From NCBI GenBank assembly GCA_000434195.1, contig HF994458.1:57352-121351 (forward strand): a DNA stretch of 64,000 nucleotides, written 5' to 3'. Under the pieces are notes generated by a model that searched no databases, was not told the origin of the DNA, and saw nothing but the letters and a program-made list of their open reading frames with translations. This document shows, piece after piece, positions 28,504-37,700 of this stretch. The number at the start of each line of letters is the position of its first letter. Within the stretch, counting starts at the first letter, position 1. The DNA is from Clostridium sp. CAG:780 (GTDB lineage Bacteria > Bacillota > Clostridia > TANB77 > CAG-508). A program made the position numbers and the translations under genes.

Positions 28504-29980
28504 TTATATCTTTCCTTTCGTCCTGCTTTTTTACGGCTGGAATTCTTATAACAACTTCTGTTCCTTTTCCATATTCACTTTTAATATCTATACTACCTTT
28601 ATTTTGCTCTATGATTTCTTTTGCAATAGGCAAACCTAGTCCTGTTCCACCCATCTCTCTAGTTCTAGCTTTGTCTACTCTGTAAAATCTTTCGAACACT
28701 CTACCTAAATCTTCTTTTGGGATTCCTATTCCATTATCTATTACCTTAATATATGCGTCATTATACACAAATCCTACATATATTTTTATTACTCCACCTT
28801 CAGGAGTGTATTTTACTGCATTTGACAATACATTTAGAACAACTCTTTCAATACCATTTTTATCTGCTTCTATTGGTGGAACATCTGCTGTTACATAACA
28901 TTCTACATTTTGCTTTTTCTTTTCAATTTCGATTTCTAGCTTTTCTTGGCATTTCTTTGTAAGGCTTCCTAAATCAAATTCTGACACTTCTCTTTTCATT
29001 CTATTTGTGTCATATCTTGATAATGTTAATAGATCACTCACTAAATTTGCCATTCTTCTGCCTTCTGATGAGATTACTGATAAGAATTTCTGCGTAGTTT
29101 CTTTGTCATATTCCCCATCTTGAAGTGTGTCCGCATATCCAATAATTGAAGTAATTGGTGTTTTTAGCTCGTGCGATACATCTGCCACAAATTCTTTTCT
29201 CATATTATCAAGTTTTACGTGCTCTGTGATGTCTTGTATAACTGCAATTATCCCTGATGACAAGTTGTTTTCGTCTTTGTATGGTGCAAAGAACACGTTT
29301 ACTGTTTTTTCTCCCACATTTATTCTTTGCTCTGATGGAGTCCAGCTTTCTAAATATAATATTGCTTCTTTTTTTATTTCCACATTTAGCTTCTTAAATA
29401 TATCATCAAAATTATCTTCTTTGTCTATATTTAATAACTCTTTTGCAGCTGGATTTATATGCATTACTTTGCCATTTTCATCAAATGCTATAACGCCATC
29501 TGTCATATGCAATAATATTGCTTCTATCTCTCTTTTTTGTCTATTTACGTCTGTTAAGTTTTGTTTAAGTTCTCCTGTCATTATCTCTATTATATTGGTA
29601 ATTGCATCGACTTCTGATTTGCCTCTTTTTTTCTTTTTTATATCTTCTAACCTAATTAATTCTGTATTGTCTCCACTTGCAATTTTTCTTGCTCTGTTTG
29701 CTAAGTCCTTTATTGGCATTATTATAACCTTTGATACAAAAGCTCCCATTATTGAAACAATACAAGAAAATACTAATATTGCACTTAATATTAGTATTTT
29801 TATTTGCTTCATTTGTACCTCTTGCATAGCTTGGATTTCTTGAAAGCTTGAGCCATCAACTGTATTTGCTAATGTGCTTGACTGGCTTATTATATTCATC
29901 GAAAATGCACCCATTCCCAAAATTATTATAATACCAGTAACAAAAAACATTAATAAAATTTTACTTTGTATATTTCTCAT
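28496..29980 (-). CDS. sensor histidine kinase (TM-HAMP-PAS-HisKA-HATPase)
   Basis: Two TMs with a short loop, VSHELKTPITSI H-box, N/G1/G2 boxes (LSNAVKYT, DNGIGI, GGTGLGL). Overlaps lepB by 8 bp. Confidence 0.9.
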   Translation of the reverse strand: MRNIQSKILLMFFVTGIIIILGMGAFSMNIISQSSTLANTVDGSSFQEIQAMQEVQMKQIKILILSAILVFSCIVSIMGAFVSKVIIMPIKDLANRARKIASGDNTELIRLEDIKKKKRGKSEVDAITNIIEIMTGELKQNLTDVNRQKREIEAILLHMTDGVIAFDENGKVMHINPAAKELLNIDKEDNFDDIFKKLNVEIKKEAILYLESWTPSEQRINVGEKTVNVFFAPYKDENNLSSGIIAVIQDITEHVKLDNMRKEFVADVSHELKTPITSIIGYADTLQDGEYDKETTQKFLSVISSEGRRMANLVSDLLTLSRYDTNRMKREVSEFDLGSLTKKCQEKLEIEIEKKKQNVECYVTADVPPIEADKNGIERVVLNVLSNAVKYTPEGGVIKIYVGFVYNDAYIKVIDNGIGIPKEDLGRVFERFYRVDKARTREMGGTGLGLPIAKEIIEQNKGSIDIKSEYGKGTEVVIRIPAVKKQDERKDINE

Positions 29981-29991
29981 AGTAGTTTCCT

Positions 29992-30720
29992 TTATTTAGA
30001 TGCTAGGTAGTAGCCTATTCCTCTCTTGTTTATTATGATTTTAGAGTTTTTTGTGCTATCTCCTAGTTTTTCTCTAATTCTGCAAACAGTAACATCTACG
30101 GTTCTTATGTCTCCATAATATTCATAGTTCCATACTTTTTCTAAAAGCACTTCTCTTGTAACAGGAATTCCTGGTTGCATTGCTAAGTATTTTACAAGTT
30201 CAAATTCCTTTGGTGTTAAAGCTTTTACTTGGCCTTTCACCTTTACCTCTACTTTTTCTAGGTCAAGTTCTAAATCGCCAACAACAATTTTGTTGTTTTT
30301 GTTTGTTGATTCTTTATCTCTTCTTTCCTTTTCATCATCAACTTTTCTCAAATTTGCTTTTACTCTTGCCATTAATTCTCTTACACTGAATGGCTTAGTG
30401 ATGTAGTCGTCTGCACCTAATTCTAGTCCAACTATTTTGTCTATTTCCTCGTCTTTTGCAGATATCATAAGAATTGGCACATTATATGTTTGTTTTACTC
30501 TTTTGCAAACTGTTAATCCATCCATTTTTGGAAGCATTACATCTAATAAAATCAAATCTGGTCTTTGTTCTATTGCAATGTTTAATCCCATTTCTCCGTC
30601 AGTTGCTTCTAGGGTATTATATCCTTCTTTTTTTAAATTATATACTAATATATCTATAATTGGTTTTTCATCGTCTACGACTAATATTGTTTTTTTGTTT
30701 GGATCTAAATCTTCTTTCAT
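29992..30720 (-). CDS. OmpR-family response regulator
   Basis: Receiver domain (ILVVDDE...DLILLDVMLP...ISAK) and winged-helix domain (LTPKEFELVKYL...RGIGY). ATG at 30720 behind AAGGAG. Confidence 0.92.
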   Translation of the reverse strand: MKEDLDPNKKTILVVDDEKPIIDILVYNLKKEGYNTLEATDGEMGLNIAIEQRPDLILLDVMLPKMDGLTVCKRVKQTYNVPILMISAKDEEIDKIVGLELGADDYITKPFSVRELMARVKANLRKVDDEKERRDKESTNKNNKIVVGDLELDLEKVEVKVKGQVKALTPKEFELVKYLAMQPGIPVTREVLLEKVWNYEYYGDIRTVDVTVCRIREKLGDSTKNSKIIINKRGIGYYLASK

Positions 30721-30745
30721 AGAAGTACACTCCTTTATTTTATTT

Positions 30746-31612
30746 TTATCTTTCTTCGTCATCTTCTCTTGTTTGTGTTGTTTGATTTTGTTGTTCTTCT
30801 TTTTCTACTTTTTCTGCCACAAATTGGCCTTTCTCGTTAACATAGAATTTGTAGTTTTCTTTAAGGTCTGCCGCTTCTTGATATGTATCAATTATCTTAT
30901 CAGCCGCCGGCTTTAAATCTTCCATATTTGTTGTTGATGTATCTCTATCTTCATCTAGTAATTCTCTTGCATTAATAATAAGTTGTTTAGCCGTTCCGTT
31001 AAGAGTATCTTTTGATGAAAGGAAGAAAAAATCCTTTGGTCGAATCGTTCTACCATCTGGCAAATTGATAACAGTACGATGGTCTCCTTCTCTATTGATA
31101 TTGTCATGTATCTCTATTTCTCCTGGATTTTCAATTCCATATGCTTGTGCTATTTGATTTGCCATAACATCCTCATATAAGTCTATTACAAAATCTTTAG
31201 AATCAATTATTGTCTTAACTGCTTCTGTATACTCTTCCTGTTCTTCCACCATCATGTTTGACTTGTTTCTTAATCTTGTGTATGTTTGTATTGCTTGTTC
31301 CAACTTCTCTACATTTTCCATTTGCTCGTTTCTCTCGTCTTCTGGTTCATAAGAAAGTTGTTCTTCTATTCCTCTTATTCTTGATTCTTGCTCATTTGCT
31401 AACTCTATTGCTGTTTGCAAATCTTTATTGTAATTTGCTTTTTCTGCCATATTAGAGATTACTGTTTTTCCTATTCCAACTCCTACTCCGCCTAATATGA
31501 TTCCAGCTCCTAAAAATGCTGCAGCTTTTTGTTTGAATGCTTGTTTACTACTTCTATAGTTTCCGCTTCTTCTACTAGGATTATTACTTATCTGTCTTCT
31601 TCCTTGTTCCAT
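30746..31612 (-). CDS. hypothetical membrane-anchored, Glu-rich coiled-coil protein
   Basis: ATG at 31612 behind GGAGGA. TM AAAFLGAGIILGGVGVGIG. No family recognised. First gene of the RR-HK-lepB string. Confidence 0.55.
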   Translation of the reverse strand: MEQGRRQISNNPSRRSGNYRSSKQAFKQKAAAFLGAGIILGGVGVGIGKTVISNMAEKANYNKDLQTAIELANEQESRIRGIEEQLSYEPEDERNEQMENVEKLEQAIQTYTRLRNKSNMMVEEQEEYTEAVKTIIDSKDFVIDLYEDVMANQIAQAYGIENPGEIEIHDNINREGDHRTVINLPDGRTIRPKDFFFLSSKDTLNGTAKQLIINARELLDEDRDTSTTNMEDLKPAADKIIDTYQEAADLKENYKFYVNEKGQFVAEKVEKEEQQNQTTQTREDDEER

Positions 31613-31775
31613 AAATAAATTCCTCCGTACTTTATTATTTGCATTTATTATACCTCTTGTGCTCATACTTGTCAAAGCTTTTTTACAATATTATTGCAAT
31701 ATTATTACTATTTGTTTTTCTGGCAAATATTATGCACAAAAGAGTCGATTTATTTTATTAAATCGACTCTCTTTT

Positions 31776-34700
31776 TTATATTATTACTTCTATATTATAG
31801 ATCCCACCATTTTTATTAAGTTTTATTTTTTTCTCTTTTATTTCCTCTCCGTTGCAAATCATCTTTTCTATTTGCTCTGTTACAATTTCCTTGTGATTAC
31901 TATTTATTACTTTTATATTATACAAACTATTTCCATATTTGTATTTAATTTCGTATTGTTCCCATTTGGTTGGTATATGTGGCAATATCTCCAAATATTC
32001 ATTTTTAATGTTTAAGCCTAATATATATTTTATACCTGCTACATACATCCAACTACTAGAGCCAGTGTACCAAGTCCAACCACCTCTACCTGCTAAATTT
32101 CCTTGACCATATACGTCTGCTGGTATTACATATGGCTCAACTTTATATCTATTACTTCCTTCTTTTGTTCTACTGTGTTCTATTGGATTTATCATTCTAA
32201 AATTTTCATATGCTTTATCATTCAAATTAAGCATTGCTTGTGCAATAATGGTCCAGGTTGCAGCATGTGTGTATTGTCCTCCATTCTCTCTCGTGCCCGG
32301 TAAATATGATTTTATATATCCTGGTTCCAATTTACTCTTTTCAAACGGTGGATCTAGTAATTTTATTATTCCTATTTCTTTGTCTATTAAGTGATTTTCT
32401 AAGCTTTCCATCGCTATATACTTTTTGTCATTGTCACCCGCTTCTGAAATCGTTGCCCAGCTTTGAGATATATTATCTATTTTACACTCTTCGTTTTGCA
32501 AGCTTCCTAATGTTTCTCCATTATCTGTAAATGCTCTTTTATACCATCTGCTATCCCATCCTTCGGTGTTTAATATTCTCTTTAATTTTTCCATTATTGC
32601 TAGATATTTTTCTGCTCTCTCATTATCATTTTTATATTTACATACGGGTATAAACTTCTTTAATACCTCATATAAGAAGAATCCTAACCATACACTTTCT
32701 CCTATTCCTTTACTGCCCACATTACTAAATCCATCATTCCAGTCCCCTGTTCCTATTTTAGGAAGTCCATGTTCTCCAAAGTTTAGCGATTTTTCTATTG
32801 CTCTTATGCAATGCATATATAGGCTTTCTTTTGTTTGAGAATCCTTATACAAATCATACCTTTCATTTTCTTCTGGTGCTAAAATTCTTCCTTCTTTATA
32901 GCTTATCTCTTCATCTAATATTTGATAATCATTTGTAAAGCTTATATAGTCTTCTGTTACATATGCCAGCCACAGCAAGTCATCTGAAATTCTTGTTCTT
33001 ATTCCCCTACTTGTTTCTTCGTGCCACCAGTGTTCAACATCACCTTCTATGAATTGATGTCTTGCACTTTTTAGTATTTGTTTTCTTGCTATTTCTGGTT
33101 CAATATATTTTACGGCCATAGTGTCTTGAAGTTGATCTCTAAATCCATACGCTCCACCTGATTGGTAGAATCCTGTTCTTCCATATAATCTTGCACAGAT
33201 TGTTTGATATATCAACCAACCATTTAATAAAATGTTTGTAGATTCCATTGGTGTATTAACTTGTAATCTGTTTACTAGGTCACTCCAATATCTCTTTATA
33301 TTTACATATTCATTTTTGCAATTTCCTATATTTGAGTATTTATATGCAATATCTAATGCTTCTTCTTTAGTTTCTGCACTTCCTAGTACAAATGATATTT
33401 CTTTGGTTGAAAATGCTTCTATTGTTACATCTATCATTATAGCCATTATGCTATCTTTTCCAAAAGAGTTTTCTCTGCTTAGTTCTATTTGATCTAGTCC
33501 CGCTGGAGAGCTTATTCCTAAATTTTTTAAGAATGAGCTCTTGCTACCTGTATAAGATTTTATTTTTTCACTAGATGTTACAAAAATCGAATCCTCCTTC
33601 TTTTCGTTCATTACATTTCTTAAAAATATTGTATTTGATGCTGTGTTAAAATTTGTATATAAATATTTGTTAGTTTTTATTTCATCTTCTCCCAATACAG
33701 GTTTTATATAATATACTAATTTTAGATTTTTTCTTTGAGGATTTTTGTTTTCTAATGTTAATAAATTTATTTTAACATTGTCTTCTTTTGGCACAAATAT
33801 ATCTACTGTTTGCTTTATTCTTGAAGAAGTATGAATATATTTTGCATAGCCAAATCCATAAATTGCATAATATTCATTTTCATCATGCATTGGATTGTAA
33901 CCAACTGACCACTTCTTGTTTGTGTCCTTATCTTTTATATATATTATTTCTGAAGGAGTATCTGTTACTTGGTCATTTGACCACGCCGTTATTCTATTTA
34001 ATTTGCTATTTTTATTCCAAGTATATCCACCCATATTTTCTGTTGTTAATGTTCCAAATTTACCGTTTGTTATAATGTGGCTCCAAACTGTTGGTAGAGT
34101 GTCATTTGAACTTACTTTTATTTGATATTCTTTTCCGTCTTTTGCAAATCCACCATATTCATTAAAATATTTTAACTCTTTTTCGTCCAGTATCATTTCT
34201 GTGTCTGTTTCGTTTTCAAAACTTATTTCTTTGTTTGAATCATAAGCAACTTCTTTCACATTGTCTAATATCTTGTGTTCTATTTCCTTCATTTGGATTT
34301 CCAATGAACTATAACTTGCATTTATTATTAAGTTTGCTCTCATTTCCAATAATTTTTTATCTTTACTGTCCACATTTTCTAAACAGAATATGCCTCCTGG
34401 AATGTTTAACAAATATGCTAAATTCTTGTTTAATACTGCCGTTTGTATAGCATCTCTTACATAATTTTCGTAGCTTTCTTTTTCTTCATTTAGTATTACT
34501 AAATCAATGTTTATATTTTTAACTCTAAAAAATTCATACGCACTTAATACTTCTTTGATTATATCTATATCATTAATATCTTTTATTTTCACTAGCAATA
34601 TCGGCAGGTCTCCTGATATTCCATATTTCCATAAATTCGATACTGGATATTGAGCGTTGTCATTATACTGATTCTTTTTTATATCTACTTTTGGTGCAAA

Positions 34701-37700
34701 TAATATATATGCTAACATTTGTTGATATATTTCTATATCTTTTCCCTTTAATCCCAAATATCTATTTTCCGCTTCACTCTTGGCTTTTAAAAGTTCAAAA
34801 GTTCTTTTAGTATTTTCATTGTTCATAAATCTAACAACATTTTTTAATACATTTTCTCTGTCTTCTCCCACAGATATTATAAAGTCTATATATGTTGTTT
34901 CTTCTGGTCTTATATTGATGGTTTGTTTCATTGCAACAATCGGATCTGTTGTATATCCAATTTTTCTACTAAATGGTATTGAATTTTCTACTTCCTTTGG
35001 AACCTTGTAATTGCATCTTCCAAAAAATCTTTCTTTGTCTATTTCGTATTCAACTTCTCCTATGGTGTTATTTTGAGCAAATAGATTTACTGCCATATAG
35101 ATATCTTGTTCTGAAGCTGTATGCGATTTTCTCTTTATTAAAATTGTATTTGTACTATCAATATATTCATATGACAAGAATAAGTTATTAAATGCCTTGT
35201 GCGCATAATCTTGCATTTTATCAGATATTATAGGCTCTATAAATCCTGTAATTTCTAATATTTCTTCTATGGCTCCTGTATTTTTTAGCTCTAACCTTCT
35301 TACTTCCACAGGTTCATCTGTGTCCACTATTGTTTTTGTTATTGTTTCAATACTTTCGTCTACTCTTATTATCTTATCCATTTCTGGTGCAAATACAAGA
35401 TTATATTTGTCCGGTTTCTTTCCGATTGTTGAATACGTATTTGTCCAAATATTTTTGTTTCTAATATTTTTTATATAGAACATTATTCCTTGCTGTGCTT
35501 CGTCTGTTTCTTTGTATCTATTTACTTGCAAGTTTTTGTACTTGCTATACCCATTTCCAAACTGGTCCATTATTATGGTATATTTGTCATTTGCTATTAC
35601 ATTAGATATATTTAGATTTTCGTTTATTTTACTGTATTGTCTTTGCGTATAATTTTCGTAATCTTGATATTTAATTTTTTCTACCTTTTCTTTTTCTTCT
35701 TTTGTTATTATCATATTTTCCGGCATTTTTTCTTGCAATAGAATATTTACAGCTTGAATTTCTGGATTATACATAAATCTTTTCTGTATTATATTTTTAT
35801 TTATCAAATTATTTATCGACAATAATATTAACCCTTGATGATGTGCCATATATGTTTTTACTGGTGTGTATCCATTTTTTGTTCTGCCTGGCGTAAAATC
35901 TATTGCTTCGTAAAATCCGTATTTATCATACATTTTTTCTTGTTCTAATACTTTTAAATTATTAAAAACTTCTTTTGGTGAATCGTTTATGGCAAGAACT
36001 GAACCATATGCTGATACCACAATTTCGTCAGATAGTCCTCTTTTCAATCCAAGCCAAGGAATTCCAAAGGCTTTGTATTGGTAGTTGTTATTCAAATCTC
36101 TTAAATTAAATGCCGCTTCTGATATTCCCCATGGTATTCCTAATCTTTTTGCATATTCTAACTGACTCATTATCATAAATTTGCAAGATTCATCTAATAT
36201 GCTACCTGAATATTGTGGAATGTTTACTGTTGGCATCAAATATTCAAATGATGTTCCAGACCAAGAAATCAGTCCTTTATATCCATTTAATGTTGTCAAT
36301 GTTCTGCTCAAATTGTACCAATGCTTTTCTGAAATATCCTTTTTAGCTATTGCAATTAGACTTGTTTGCCTTGCTTCAGATGCTAATAAATCATAGTAAG
36401 AGTCTGTTAATTGATTATCCTCTACGTTAAATCCTATTGAAAATAGTCTGTTTTCTTGGTCATATAATTTTGCAAAATCTGTTTGTTCTATTATGTTTTT
36501 AATATTTTCTAACATTATATTTATTTTTGATATTGTTTCACTATTTTCTATTTCTTCTTTTTCTTTTAATAAGAACTGTTTTAATACATAAAGATATCCT
36601 ACAAAATTTCCACTATCAACTGATGATATATATCTTGGTATAAGTGGTTCCAACGTTTCTATGTTATACCAATTATATAAATGTCCATTCCATTTTGTTA
36701 AATTACTTATTGTATTCACCATTTTATATAATAGTTCCATTGTATCTTCTAAATTTTCGTATTTTAAATCATAGCTTGACATTACAGCAAGAAGGGCAAG
36801 TCCTATATTTGTCGGTGATGTTCTCATTACTACTTTTGGTTTTCTGTCTTCTTGGTAATTATCTGGTGGTAAATAGTTTCCTCTTTGAATTAGATTTTCT
36901 TTAAAGTACAGCCAAGTTTTATATCCTACATCCATAATGTAATCTTTTTCTTGTTTGTTTAGTTTTTCTATTGCAAATATTTGCTCATTTTTCTTACTTA
37001 TTTGAAACATTATTGCCGGCGCTATAAACCATAACAAGCTTAAAATTAATATTATTAATTCCACTAAAAATGTTGGTGTTGTAATTGTTATACAAAAATA
37101 TACTATTAATCCCAATATTGCTAATATTGAGTTTGCTCTCATTTCTTTGTAATAAGATATTAAATCAGTTTTTGCTGTTCTTTCCGCTTCTTCTGAAGTT
37201 GTCCATTCTAATAAATATTTCTTTGTCTTGGTCATTCTATATATAGTTTTTATTTCCGCTTTTGTTGTTATATAAGCTTTATCAGGTATTAGCAAAAAAT
37301 CTAGTATTCCTCTAAGTAAACTAGCTCTAAGTCCATCTATTGTTTTTACAAATTTTTTAGTTTTTACTATTCCCTCTTTCCTACTTATAATTACATTTAC
37401 AACATCTATAACAACAGGAATTAGTATTGTTATTAGCCCTATTAGTACAAAGTTTATTAATTCTAATTTCAGTATTTTGGCAAGTATTAAAGAATATATA
37501 ATTGTCATTAACGCAAAAAATTCCACCTTACTTCTTACTATATTGCTAAATATTTTGTATTTACTTAATAATCCTAACGGGTTGTTTTTTCTTTCTCCTT
37601 TTTTATTTATTATTGTCTTTTTTAACCACGGAAGTATTTGAAAATCTCCTCTTATCCATCTATATAATCTAGTTCTAAAACTTAAATAATTTGTTGGATA

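Noticed and set aside
29127-29843. A long plus-strand ORF (238 aa) antisense to the histidine kinase. Similar antisense or alternate-frame ORFs include 9096-9548, 9914-10423, 19647-20081, 40909-41379, 55257-55760, 60184-60843 and 62652-63041.
   Set aside because: They are S/F/L/I-rich mirror-image translations of AT-rich coding sequence, have no RBS, and lie wholly inside genes with strong family signatures.
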